Positions 52,322 through 61,494 of a stretch of 64,000 nucleotides of DNA are shown here, piece by piece. The stretch is taken from NCBI GenBank assembly GCA_965223155.1, contig CBDCVR010000015.1, forward strand, positions 1,056,001-1,120,000, read 5' to 3'. Under the pieces are notes generated by a model, which made no database searches, had not been told where the DNA came from, and saw nothing but the letters and a program-made list of their open reading frames with translations. Position numbers and translations under genes: made by a program. Position 1 is the first letter of the stretch. Each line of letters opens with the position of its first letter. The DNA comes from Candidatus Multivoradales bacterium. Its GTDB lineage: Bacteria; Acidobacteriota; Thermoanaerobaculia; Multivoradales; JAHEKO01.

Positions 52322-53557
52322 ATGTGGAGAATTCGGTTCGATCGCGCATCTCCGATTCCTGGTGGAATCGCTCTCGCAGCCATCCTTCTGGCCGCTACGC
52401 TTCTAGGAGGCTCGGCGCCGCCGGCTTGGGGAGACGATTCCGGAAACCAAGCTCCGGCGTCCGAGCTCCAGCCGAGCGCGGACGAGTCGCGCTTCTTGAG
52501 CCGAGTTCGCCGCCTGACCTATGAGGGCCGGCGTGCCGGGGAAGGGTATTTTGCCGCCGACGGTTCGGCGATCGTCTTCCAAAGCGAGCGCGAGCCCGGC
52601 AATCCCTTTTTCCAGATCTATCACCTGGATCTCGAGACCGGTGAGACCCGCCGGGTCTCGCCCGGTCGCGGCAAGACGACTTGCGCCTTCATCCATCCCG
52701 TCCGGAACGATGTTCTCTTCGCCTCGACCCACCATGACCCCGCCTCGGAGGAGCTCCAGCGCCAGGAGCTCGAGCTGCGCGCCGCCGGGCGCGAACGCCG
52801 CTACGCCTGGGACTACGATCCCGAGATGGAGCTGTGGGTCGAGTCCGGCGGCGCTCTCGCGCGCCTGACCGAAGCCCGTGGCTACGATGCCGAGGCCAGC
52901 TACTCGCCCGATGGCGAGTGGATCGTCTTTGCGTCCACCCGGGACGCCTACGAGCGCGAGCTGGATGCCGAGGAGGCGAAGCTCCTCGAGATCAACCCGT
53001 CGTTTTTCGGCGAGATCTACCGCATGCGCGCGGACGGCTCCGAGCTCGAGCGCTTGACCCACGTCGAGGGCTATGACGGCGGACCGTTCTACTTCCCAGA
53101 TGGCGAGCGCATCGTCTGGCGGCGATTCGACCGGGACGGGCTGATCGCCGACATCTGGTCCATGAATGCCGACGGCTCGGACCCTCGGCAGATCACGGAC
53201 TTCGGCTCGATGAGCTGGGCGCCGTACGTCCATCCGTCGGGCGAGTACATTCTGTTCGCCTCGAACAAGCTGGGCTTTTCGAATTTCGAAGTGTTCTTGG
53301 TGGACGTGGCCGGCGAGCGCGAGCCCGTACGGGTGACGACCACCGACCGTTTCGACGGCTTGCCGGTGCCGTCGCCGGACGGCACCCAGCTTCTGTGGAC
53401 GTCGAGCCGGCATCAGCGCGACGGTAACGAGGGCGGCCAGCTCTTTCTGGCGGACTGGGATCATGAGGCCGCCCTGGCGGCGCTCGTGGCGAGTCCCCGG
53501 CGCGCGCCCCAACCCACCGAACCATCCAGCGAACAATCCGGCAAGCAATCCGACTAG
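52322..53557 (+). CDS. TolB-like PD40-repeat beta-propeller protein
   Basis: Signal peptide, RAGEGYF, GKTTCAF, GYDAEASYSPDG, GYDGGPFYFPDG, FDGLPVPSPDG. Confidence 0.85.
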   Translation: MWRIRFDRASPIPGGIALAAILLAATLLGGSAPPAWGDDSGNQAPASELQPSADESRFLSRVRRLTYEGRRAGEGYFAADGSAIVFQSEREPGNPFFQIYHLDLETGETRRVSPGRGKTTCAFIHPVRNDVLFASTHHDPASEELQRQELELRAAGRERRYAWDYDPEMELWVESGGALARLTEARGYDAEASYSPDGEWIVFASTRDAYERELDAEEAKLLEINPSFFGEIYRMRADGSELERLTHVEGYDGGPFYFPDGERIVWRRFDRDGLIADIWSMNADGSDPRQITDFGSMSWAPYVHPSGEYILFASNKLGFSNFEVFLVDVAGEREPVRVTTTDRFDGLPVPSPDGTQLLWTSSRHQRDGNEGGQLFLADWDHEAALAALVASPRRAPQPTEPSSEQSGKQSD

Positions 53558-53566
53558 GAGACCGCG

Positions 53567-55411
53567 ATGAGCCCCACCTCTTGTTCTCGAACCCGGACGG
53601 CGCTTGCCGCCAGGCTGACAGGCTTTGCTTTTTGCGCCGCGACTGCCGCCGTCGCCGTGACCGCGGTGGCACCCCTTCGCACCGACGTCGAGGCCCTGAC
53701 CGCCGAGGCCTGGGGAGGACGGTTCACCGGCTCCGAAGGCGCCCGGGAGGCGGCCGAGTACCTGGCCGGCGAGCTGGCCGAGCTGGGCGCCACGCCGTTG
53801 CCCGGCGAGGAAGACTTCTTTCTCGAGTTCTCGTTTACCGCCGGTACCCGCGACACGGGCTCGTCGGTCGAACTCGCCGCCGCCGGCGAGAGCGCGGGAG
53901 AGCCGGAGCAATTCCTCGGTGCCGAGGCGGTGCGGGCGCTGTCGTTCTCCGAGAACGGCACGGTCACCGCGCCGGCGGTGTTCGCGGGCTACGGCCTGGT
54001 GGTTCCGGAGGCCGATGGCTTCTCCTATGACAGCTACGCCGGCCTCGAGGTCGAAGGCAAGGTCGCCGTCGTTTTCCGCTACTACCCGGAAGACGCCGAG
54101 GACTCGATCCGGGGCCGTTTGGCGCGGTTCTCGGGCCTGCGCTACAAGGCGCTCCAGGCGCGCGAGCGGGGGGCGGTGGCAATGGTCGTTGTGACCGGCC
54201 CGCGCTCGCCCAACGCCGGCGAGCTGGTGCCCATGGCCTTCGATGCGGCCATCGCCGACTCCGGGCTCCTGGCGGTGAGCGTCAGTGGAGCCGTGGGCGA
54301 GGCGTTGCTTGCGACCGCGGCCGACAAGAGCCTGGAAGAGATCCAGCAGTCGTTCGACGACGCCAATCCGCACGTCGGGGGCTTTGACCTGCCGGACGTC
54401 GAGATCACGGTCGAGACCAGCGTCGAGCGCGAGCGTCGCGAAGGACGCAACGTCGTCGGGCTGCTGGCTGGGGGGGGCGAGGCCGCCAAGCCTTATGTGG
54501 TCGTCGGCGCCCATTTCGACCACCTCGGAACCGGCCGCACGGCGGGGTCCCTGGCCGGCAAGGACGAGGCTTCGTCCGTACATCACGGCGCCGACGACAA
54601 CGCCTCCGGCGTCGCCGCGGTGCTCGAGATCGGCCGGCGGCTGGCCGAGGGAGACGGCTCGCGAGACGTCGTCCTGGCCTTCTGGTCGGGCGAGGAGATC
54701 GGGCTTCTGGGCTCGGCCGGGTTCGTCAAGTCGGAGCCGATCGCTCTCGAGGAGGTCGCCGCCTATCTCAACTTCGACATGGTGGGCCGCGCCCGCGACA
54801 ATCGGCTCTCGATCCAGGCCGTGGGCTCGAGCCCGTCCTGGCCGAAGCTCGTCGAGCAGGCCAACGTGCCGGTCGGGTTCGACCTCGAGCTTCAGGACGA
54901 TCCCTACCTGCCCACCGACAGCTCGTCGTTCAACCAGGCCGAGATCCCGACCTTGAACTTCTTTACCGGCAGCCATGAGGATTACCACAAGCCTTCGGAC
55001 ACGGCCGAGAAGATCAACTATGAGGACCTCGAGCGCGTGGCCCAGCTCGGCGCCCTGGTGGCCGGGCGAATCCGCGCCTTTGGGGAAGCGCCTGAGTTCC
55101 ATCTGGTCGAGCGCAAGGTCGAGGCCGGTGGCGGCCGGGACGGTCTGCGCGCCTTCACCGGCACGATTCCCGACTACGCCACCGAAATCGAAGGCCTGTT
55201 GCTGTCGGGAGTCATCGAGGGCGGCCCGGCCGAGGAAGGCGGCCTGAGCGGCGGCGACGTCATCGTCGAGTTCGGCGGCCAGAAGATCGCCAACATCTAC
55301 GACTACACCTATGCTCTCGACGCGGTCCGGATCGGGGTGCCGGTAACGGTGGTCTTCCTGCGCGACGGCGAGCGCCACGAGACCACGATCACGCCCCGCG
55401 CTCGGGACTGA
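53567..55411 (+). CDS. M28-family peptidase with PA and PDZ domains
   Basis: GAHFDHLG, GADDNASG, GEEIGLLGS, NFDMVGR, DYHKPSD; C-terminal PDZ (GTIPDY...GGPAE..GL..GDVI). Confidence 0.9.
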   Translation: MSPTSCSRTRTALAARLTGFAFCAATAAVAVTAVAPLRTDVEALTAEAWGGRFTGSEGAREAAEYLAGELAELGATPLPGEEDFFLEFSFTAGTRDTGSSVELAAAGESAGEPEQFLGAEAVRALSFSENGTVTAPAVFAGYGLVVPEADGFSYDSYAGLEVEGKVAVVFRYYPEDAEDSIRGRLARFSGLRYKALQARERGAVAMVVVTGPRSPNAGELVPMAFDAAIADSGLLAVSVSGAVGEALLATAADKSLEEIQQSFDDANPHVGGFDLPDVEITVETSVERERREGRNVVGLLAGGGEAAKPYVVVGAHFDHLGTGRTAGSLAGKDEASSVHHGADDNASGVAAVLEIGRRLAEGDGSRDVVLAFWSGEEIGLLGSAGFVKSEPIALEEVAAYLNFDMVGRARDNRLSIQAVGSSPSWPKLVEQANVPVGFDLELQDDPYLPTDSSSFNQAEIPTLNFFTGSHEDYHKPSDTAEKINYEDLERVAQLGALVAGRIRAFGEAPEFHLVERKVEAGGGRDGLRAFTGTIPDYATEIEGLLLSGVIEGGPAEEGGLSGGDVIVEFGGQKIANIYDYTYALDAVRIGVPVTVVFLRDGERHETTITPRARD

Positions 55412-55497
55412 CGGGCTCGTCGCGCCTGGCGAAAGCGAGTCGGAAGGGTCGCTTCCCTTCGGGAGCTCGTCCGGCGATAGGCGGTGAGGCTAGCGCC

Positions 55498-55582
55498 CTA
55501 GCCCGCGCTTCTCACCTCACCATGCCGCGTCTTCAGCGACTTACGACGCCCGGGACGTGACGGGGTGAGAAGTACGGTCTAG
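55498..55582. mobile_element. 85-bp CTAG-bounded miniature inverted-repeat element, copy 1 (supplies the selD stop codon)
   Basis: CTAG-CCCGCGCT-TCTCACC...GGTGAGA-AGTACGGT-CTAG; ends match as an inverted repeat at 16/19; aligns without gaps to 62643-62727. Confidence 0.6.
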
Positions 55583-57861
55583 CGGATGCGCAGGCGTGGC
55601 CCCGCCGCATCGCGGCGGTTCGGCCCGGCGCGGCCCACGGCCGCCGCCCGGTAGCCGGCGGCCGCCAGCTCTTCGAGCGCTCCTTGGGCCCGGTCCGGGT
55701 CCACGCCGAAGAGCAGCCCGCCCGAGGTCTGGGGGTCGAACAGAAACGGCAGAAAAGGATGGCTTCGAGCGGTCTCCTCGACCACGAGGCCGGCGAGCGC
55801 GCGGGCGTTTTCCTCGTGAAACGTGCTGCGCAGTCCGGCTCGGAAGAGCTCGGCGGCTCCGGGTAGGCGCGGCAGGGAGTCGAGCCCCACGGTCGCTTCG
55901 AGCGAGCTCGCCGCCAGCATCGAGCCCAGGTGGTGGGCGAAGCCGAAGCCGGTGACGTCGGTCGCGGCGCTCGCGCCGGCCCGGCGGGCGATCGCGGCGG
56001 CGTCTTGATTGAGACGAAGCATCGAGGCAATCGCTGCCTCGAGCCAGCGTCCGCGCGCCCGGCCCTGGCGGTCGGCGGCCAGGACCACGCCGGTGCCCAG
56101 AGCCTTGGTCAGGATCAGCGTCTGCTTCGGTTGCAGCCGGTCGAGAGTCAGGAGGTCCAAGTCCGGATCGGCGAAGCCCTCGACCACGAACCCCACCAGA
56201 AGCTCGGTGGCGGTGGTGGTGTGGCCGCCCACCAGGACGACGCCGAGCTCGTCGAACGCGACTCGTCCGCCCGCTAGAACCTGGAGAAGAATCTCCTCGC
56301 GCTCGGCCGCCGGAGCCTTCTCAGGCAAGGCAATGAGCGCCTGGGCGATCTTGGGCTCGACTCCCTTGGCCAGTACGTCCGAGACCGCGTTAACCGCCCC
56401 GACCCTGCCCACCAGGAAGGGATCGTCGCTGAAGGCTTGGAACTGATCGACGCTCGAGACGATGCGCGAACCTTCGGGAGAGTGAAAAGCCACGGCATCG
56501 TCCCGCTCCTCGAGGCCGAGCTCGATGGCAAGGGTCTCGCCACCTGCTGCGCCGTTTTTCTCGGAAGCGGCCGCCGGATACTCGGCCGTCAAGCGCTCGA
56601 GCGTGCGCTCGAGACTGCTGCTGCCCAGCTTGGCGGCGCAACCGCCACAGACCATCTCCATCTCGCCGCGCATGGAAAAGAGCTCGGAGAATTCCTCCGA
56701 GACATCGGCTCGGTCGTGGGCCGGCGACAACGCCTGGAACTTGCCCATGAATTTGCGATCGATCGAGTCCTTGAGCTTGAAGACCCAAGATCCGGCAAAG
56801 GCCGATCGCCACTTGGCGCCGATGGCGGTGCCGTCGCCCAGGTTGAGGAGCGTCAGGAAATCCTTCTGGGGACGGTAGGGGCGCAGCAGCGAGCTGCCGG
56901 CGATGGCCTTGCGCAGGTTCTCGATCAAGATCGGTCCCTGGCGTACGGCGTAGACGCCGGCCTTGGGAACCCACCGTTCTTCGGCCGGGGTGGCGCAATC
57001 GCCGGCGGCGAAGATGTCGTCGTAGTCGAGCGCTTGAAGCGTCGGGCGAGTCAAGAGGAAACCGCGCTCGTCGAGCGCAAGGGTCGAGTCCCGGAAGACG
57101 TCGTGAGGTGCGGCGCCGGCAACCCAGACGACGAGATTGTAGGGGAAGCGCTCAGCGCCGGCGAGGACGCCGTCTTCGTCGATAGCGTCCACGCGCTGGC
57201 CGAGGAGAATGCGGATTCCACGCCTTTCGGTCTCGGCCGTCGCCTTGCGAGCGAAGCTCTCGGGATATCCGGCTAGGATGCGCTCGCCGGAGTCGATCAA
57301 GGTTGTCTCCGGCGCCAGGCCGTGCCGCCGGGCGCGCTCGCCCAGGGTGAAGGCCAGCTCGACGCCGCCCGCGCCCCCTCCCACGACGACGACCCGGAAC
57401 GGCCCGCCGGTGTCGCGATCCAAACCCTCGAAGAGCTCGTCGACGAGCCGGACGAACTTGCCGATCGGGCGAGTCGGGACGGCGTGGTCGCGGACACCCG
57501 GGGTGTCGAGGCCGGCGACCGTCGAGCCGATGTCGAACGAGACGAGGTCGTAGGGTATAGAGGGCCGGCCGGCAAGCTCCAGGCGCCGCGCGGCGGGGTC
57601 GATCCCCGTGGCCGGTACGAGCAGCACGCGAGCCCCGGCCAGGCGGGCGAGCGGCAGGACCTCGATCTCGAGCTCCTCGGACCGGTACTGGCCGGCCACG
57701 AACCCGGGCACCATGCCGGAGTAGACCGCGACCGGATTGTCGACCACCAGGGTCAGGCGCACACCCTCGGGCGGCTCCATGGCGAAGTCCTTGAGGACCT
57801 GGACATGGGTGTGGCCGCCGCCCACCAGGACCAAGTCGAGGGGCGCGCGGGACGATGCCAT
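55579..57861 (-). CDS. selD: FAD/NAD oxidoreductase-selenide,water dikinase fusion
   Basis: N-terminal LVGGGHTH, YSGMVPG, VVGGGAGGVE, AAGDC, KAGVYAVRQG; C-terminal CGGCAAK, GGHT, TDVTGFG, DPQTSGGLL. Confidence 0.92.
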   Translation of the reverse strand: MASSRAPLDLVLVGGGHTHVQVLKDFAMEPPEGVRLTLVVDNPVAVYSGMVPGFVAGQYRSEELEIEVLPLARLAGARVLLVPATGIDPAARRLELAGRPSIPYDLVSFDIGSTVAGLDTPGVRDHAVPTRPIGKFVRLVDELFEGLDRDTGGPFRVVVVGGGAGGVELAFTLGERARRHGLAPETTLIDSGERILAGYPESFARKATAETERRGIRILLGQRVDAIDEDGVLAGAERFPYNLVVWVAGAAPHDVFRDSTLALDERGFLLTRPTLQALDYDDIFAAGDCATPAEERWVPKAGVYAVRQGPILIENLRKAIAGSSLLRPYRPQKDFLTLLNLGDGTAIGAKWRSAFAGSWVFKLKDSIDRKFMGKFQALSPAHDRADVSEEFSELFSMRGEMEMVCGGCAAKLGSSSLERTLERLTAEYPAAASEKNGAAGGETLAIELGLEERDDAVAFHSPEGSRIVSSVDQFQAFSDDPFLVGRVGAVNAVSDVLAKGVEPKIAQALIALPEKAPAAEREEILLQVLAGGRVAFDELGVVLVGGHTTTATELLVGFVVEGFADPDLDLLTLDRLQPKQTLILTKALGTGVVLAADRQGRARGRWLEAAIASMLRLNQDAAAIARRAGASAATDVTGFGFAHHLGSMLAASSLEATVGLDSLPRLPGAAELFRAGLRSTFHEENARALAGLVVEETARSHPFLPFLFDPQTSGGLLFGVDPDRAQGALEELAAAGYRAAAVGRAGPNRRDAAGPRLRIR

Positions 57862-57980
57862 GAACCAAGGATACGCCGAAACGAGCACTCCGAGGAGCCC
57901 GGCGGAGCGGAACCAAGTGACTTCCAAGGATCCTGCCCGTCGGCCGAGTGCGGGTGAGCAATGCAGGCTAGGATCGAGCG

Positions 57981-58787
57981 ATGCGAATCGCCACCTGGAA
58001 CGTCAACGGGCTGCGCTCCCGCTTGGATTTCGTCAAGCTCTGGCTGCGGGAGCGCGAGCCGGACGCGGTTGCTCTTCAGGAGCTGAAGCTCCAGGACGAC
58101 CAGTTTCCGCACGCCGAGCTCGAGGCTGAGGGCTACTACGCGGTGGCCCATGGCCAGAAGGCCTGGAACGGAGTAGCGATTCTGGCCAAGGAGCCGCCGG
58201 AGCTCTTGGTGCGCGGCCTGCCGGGCCAGGAGGAGCTGGGCTCGCGGCTCATCACCGCCGCCGTCGGCGGCGTGCGCCTGACCAGCCTCTATTGCCCGAA
58301 CGGCAAGAACGTCGACCACGCCGACTATCCCCGCAAGCTGGCCTGGTTCGATGCCCTACACGCGCATCTGAGGTTGGATCGCCCGGATGGCTCCGACCGC
58401 TCCGATGGCTCCGACCGCTCGGAGCAGGCCGAGATCGTGTGCGGCGACTTCAACATCTGCCCCGGTCCGCTCGACACCTGGAACGAGGACGCCAAGAGGG
58501 GCACGATCTTCCACACCGACGAGGAGCGTGCCCGGTTCGGGGCGCTGGTCGAGCTGGGCCTGAGCGATCTGTTCCGCGCTCTCCACCCCGAAACGCGCGA
58601 GTACTCGTGGTGGGACTACCGCCGCGGCGCGTTTCACCGGGGCCAGGGCTTGCGGATCGACCTCCTGCTGGGCTCGGCGGCGGTGTCCGAGCGACTCAAA
58701 GGCGCCGGGATCGACCGCGACTTTCGCAAGAAGCTGGACGGCCTGACCCCGTCGGATCACGCTCCCGCCTGGGTGGATCTAAGGTAA
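57981..58787 (+). CDS. xth: Exodeoxyribonuclease III (AP endonuclease)
   Basis: TWNVNG, LQELK, WNGVA, YCPNG, GDFN, SWWDYR, GLRID, SDHAP. Confidence 0.95.
   Translation: MRIATWNVNGLRSRLDFVKLWLREREPDAVALQELKLQDDQFPHAELEAEGYYAVAHGQKAWNGVAILAKEPPELLVRGLPGQEELGSRLITAAVGGVRLTSLYCPNGKNVDHADYPRKLAWFDALHAHLRLDRPDGSDRSDGSDRSEQAEIVCGDFNICPGPLDTWNEDAKRGTIFHTDEERARFGALVELGLSDLFRALHPETREYSWWDYRRGAFHRGQGLRIDLLLGSAAVSERLKGAGIDRDFRKKLDGLTPSDHAPAWVDLR
58386..58421 (+). repeat. In-frame 18-bp tandem duplication in xth (DGSDRS x2)
   Basis: GATGGCTCCGACCGCTCC / GATGGCTCCGACCGCTCG. Confidence 0.85.
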
Positions 58788-58848
58788 CAAACCGAACAAC
58801 CGCTCTGTTTATCAAGAAGCAGAGACGCGTCCCGACTCGGCTCGAGCC

Positions 58849-59661
58849 CTAGAGGCCGGCGAGGGCCGCCGTCGCGGCGAGACCCAGGGCCGCGGACGCC
58901 CACTTGGCCCAGCGGTTGCCGGGCTTCAGAAGCTCGTCCTGGAGCATGTCCATCGATGCGATGTAGAGAAACACCCCCGCCGCCAGGGCCGAGACCACGG
59001 CGTCGAAGGTCTGGCTGGCGGGTGAGGCCAGGAGGCTTCGCGCCAACACGCCCACCAGGATCCCGACTGGGGTTGCCCAGGCAAAGACCGTCACCAAGCG
59101 GCGAGCGTCACTGCGGGAGCGGTCGCCCTCGTCACTGCGCGCCAAGCTCATGCCGAGCGCCAGGCCCTCGGTGGCCTTGTGCGCCAGGATGGCGATCAGG
59201 ATGGCGTGAATCCGGGCGGCCTGGGGCTCGAGACCGAGGGCGATCCCGGCCAGGACGGAGTGGAGCGAGAGCCCGACCAGGAGACCGTAGACGTACCAGG
59301 GCGTCGACTCGGCCGCCGGCCTGATCCGAGGCAGGCCCTCGCCGGCGTGGGCGTGGGTCATGGCGTGGGCCGGATCGGGCAGAAGCACGTGTTCGATGAG
59401 GAGAACCGCGGCGAAGGCCGCGGCCGCCAGAACGTAGGCGATGGGGTATTCGAACCCCAGGCTCTGCCAGCTCCGGTCGGCGGTGGCCAGCATGTGGATG
59501 AGACCGATGCCGAGGAAGATGCCGGCCGAAAAGGCGTTGCCGCAAGACAGCCAGGGTGACTCGGCCAGCCTGGCCCGGCCGGCGAGCGGCGCCCAGCCAC
59601 CTAGCCAGCCCGCCGCCAGGATCAGGGCGGCGGCCGCCAGCTTGAGGCCGAGGAGGCTCAC
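58849..59661 (-). CDS. ZIP-family metal transporter
   Basis: FSAGIFLGIGLIHML, HAHA loop, LSLHSVLAGIALG, AHKATEG, TPVGI. Confidence 0.88.
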   Translation of the reverse strand: MSLLGLKLAAAALILAAGWLGGWAPLAGRARLAESPWLSCGNAFSAGIFLGIGLIHMLATADRSWQSLGFEYPIAYVLAAAAFAAVLLIEHVLLPDPAHAMTHAHAGEGLPRIRPAAESTPWYVYGLLVGLSLHSVLAGIALGLEPQAARIHAILIAILAHKATEGLALGMSLARSDEGDRSRSDARRLVTVFAWATPVGILVGVLARSLLASPASQTFDAVVSALAAGVFLYIASMDMLQDELLKPGNRWAKWASAALGLAATAALAGL

Positions 59662-59676
59662 CGTGACGGCAGAGGG

Positions 59677-61392
59677 CTAATGGGAGGTCTCGCCGGAGGC
59701 GACCGCTTCGAGCGCGGCCAGGCGCGCGGCTTCGAATTCATCGCCTGGGTTCCAAGTCGGCACCTCGTCGCGCTCGGCGAGATCCAGACCGATCCGGAAC
59801 CCGAGAGTGGCGTCTTCGATCATCCCCTCGAAGTTCCAATCGTCCACCAGCTCGTCCGAAGGCTGATGGTAGTGGATCGCTTCCCATTCCTCGATGCGCT
59901 CGCGGCCCCAACCTTCGGGCCGGTCGATGAACTCGGTGCCGGTGTCGAGATAGACCGCCGGCACGCCGACCTTGGCGAAGTTGAACTGGTCCGACCGGTA
60001 GAAAAAACCTCGATCGGGGAACTGGTCCGGCTTGACCGTACGGCCCTGCTGGCCGGCGTAGTGCTCCACCACGGCGTCGAGAGAGGACTTGCCGTAACCG
60101 ATGTAGGTGATGTCCTTGTTGCGGCCCCAGATGTTGGCGCCGTCGTAGTTGATATTCGCCGCCATGCGGCCGGCCGGCACGGGTGGGTTCTGAGCGAAGT
60201 AGGCGGAGCCCAGGAGCCCTTGCTCCTCGGCGGCGACGAAGGCCACCATGATCGAGCGCCGGGACTTCTCCGGCAGGCCGGCGAAGGCGCGCGCGATGGC
60301 CAAAACCTGAGCGCAGCCCGCGGCGTTGTCGAGCGCGCCGTTGTAGATCTCGTCGCCGGCATCATTGGGCTTGCCGATGCCCAAGTGATCGTGGTGCGCC
60401 GAGTAGACGATGTGCTGGGCGGCAAGCTCGGGATCGCGGCCCGGCAGGACGCCCACGACGTTGGCCGTGCGCACGCGCTCGACCTCGTTCTCGAGCGTCA
60501 AAGACGTCGAGATTCCGAGGGCCACGGGCTCGAAGTCACGAGTCTTGGCGGCCTCTCTGAGGGCGTCCAGGTCGTGGCCGCCGAGCTCGAAGACCTTGCG
60601 CATCGCGTCCTCGGTGGTCCAGGCCGGGATCAGGATTCGCGGCTCGTCACCTGCCGGAATCTCGAATTGCGGTCCAGTCCATGAGCTCTGCACGACCTGG
60701 AAGGGATAGCCGGCCGAGGGCGTCGTGTGGATGACGATGGCGCCGGCCGCGCCGAGCTCGGCCGCTTTCTCATACTTGTAGCTCCAACGGCCGTAGTAGA
60801 GACGGCGGTTGCCCTCGAAGAGCTCGTCCGACCAATCCGGGTCGTTGTTCATGACCACCAGCATCTTGCCGGCCACGTCCTGGCCCTTGAAGTCGTCCCA
60901 GTCGTACTCCGGCGCCTGGATGCCGTAGCCCACGAAGACCAGCTCGGCGTCCTCGACCGAAGCCGTAGCCTCCTGGACGCCGCTCGAGGCGATGTACTCG
61001 TCCCACCAGTCGAGGCTCACCGATCCGCCCGAGCCATGGAAAGTCCAGGTTGACGGCGCCGAGGCATTGACGCCAACGATGTCGAAGGCTTGCGTCCAGG
61101 CACCGTCGTCACCGGCCGGCTCGAACCCGATGTCTTCGAGCTCGGCCGCGAGATAGGCCTGGGTCTTGGCGTCGCCGTCACTGCCCGGCCCGCGGCCGCC
61201 GAAGTCGTCCGCCGACATCGTGGCGATCGGGGCCCGTAGCGCCTCGGTGGTGATGAGAGCCAGCGCCTGATCGGCTTCCTGCATGACCGCTTCGGTGGTC
61301 GTCTCGACTCCCTCTTCGGGTGCGGGGGCTGGAGCGCAGGCAAGCGCCAGGCCCAAGACGGCCAGGCTGGAATAGGTGCTCGGGTGCTTCAT
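59677..61392 (-). CDS. M28-family metallopeptidase lipoprotein with PA domain
   Basis: Lipobox LALAC, YYGRWSYK, SAHHDHLG, GALDNAAG, AEEQGLLGS, RSDQFNF, YHQPSD. Confidence 0.9.
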   Translation of the reverse strand: MKHPSTYSSLAVLGLALACAPAPAPEEGVETTTEAVMQEADQALALITTEALRAPIATMSADDFGGRGPGSDGDAKTQAYLAAELEDIGFEPAGDDGAWTQAFDIVGVNASAPSTWTFHGSGGSVSLDWWDEYIASSGVQEATASVEDAELVFVGYGIQAPEYDWDDFKGQDVAGKMLVVMNNDPDWSDELFEGNRRLYYGRWSYKYEKAAELGAAGAIVIHTTPSAGYPFQVVQSSWTGPQFEIPAGDEPRILIPAWTTEDAMRKVFELGGHDLDALREAAKTRDFEPVALGISTSLTLENEVERVRTANVVGVLPGRDPELAAQHIVYSAHHDHLGIGKPNDAGDEIYNGALDNAAGCAQVLAIARAFAGLPEKSRRSIMVAFVAAEEQGLLGSAYFAQNPPVPAGRMAANINYDGANIWGRNKDITYIGYGKSSLDAVVEHYAGQQGRTVKPDQFPDRGFFYRSDQFNFAKVGVPAVYLDTGTEFIDRPEGWGRERIEEWEAIHYHQPSDELVDDWNFEGMIEDATLGFRIGLDLAERDEVPTWNPGDEFEAARLAALEAVASGETSH

Positions 61393-61494
61393 GCTGGGTC
61401 CTCCTTCAAGGGTGGCAGAGCCTACCAAAGCCGCGCCGCCCGGCGACGCGGCTGGGATGTTCCGGCGGGCGCCGCTTCGATAGCCTTGCCGGCG

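Noticed and set aside
55498-55582. Integron attC interpretation of the 85-bp element
   Set aside because: It lacks the invariant AAC/GTT triplets, the neighbouring genes are not cassette-like, and no IntI is present.
55808-55823. parS-like sequence TTTTCCTCGTGAAACG
   Set aside because: At least two mismatches at conserved positions of TGTTTCACGTGAAACA, and explained by selD codons (TFHEEN). I noticed no convincing parS near parAB.
56630-56655. Selenocysteine in the SelD active-site motif
   Set aside because: The motif is CGGCAAK, encoded by TGT/TGC with no in-frame TGA.
58788-58848. TTATCAAGAAGCAGAG resembling a SAM-I 5' end
   Set aside because: It lies between convergent genes and lacks the rest of the aptamer; more likely a weak terminator hairpin (CTCTGTTT/AAGCAGAG).
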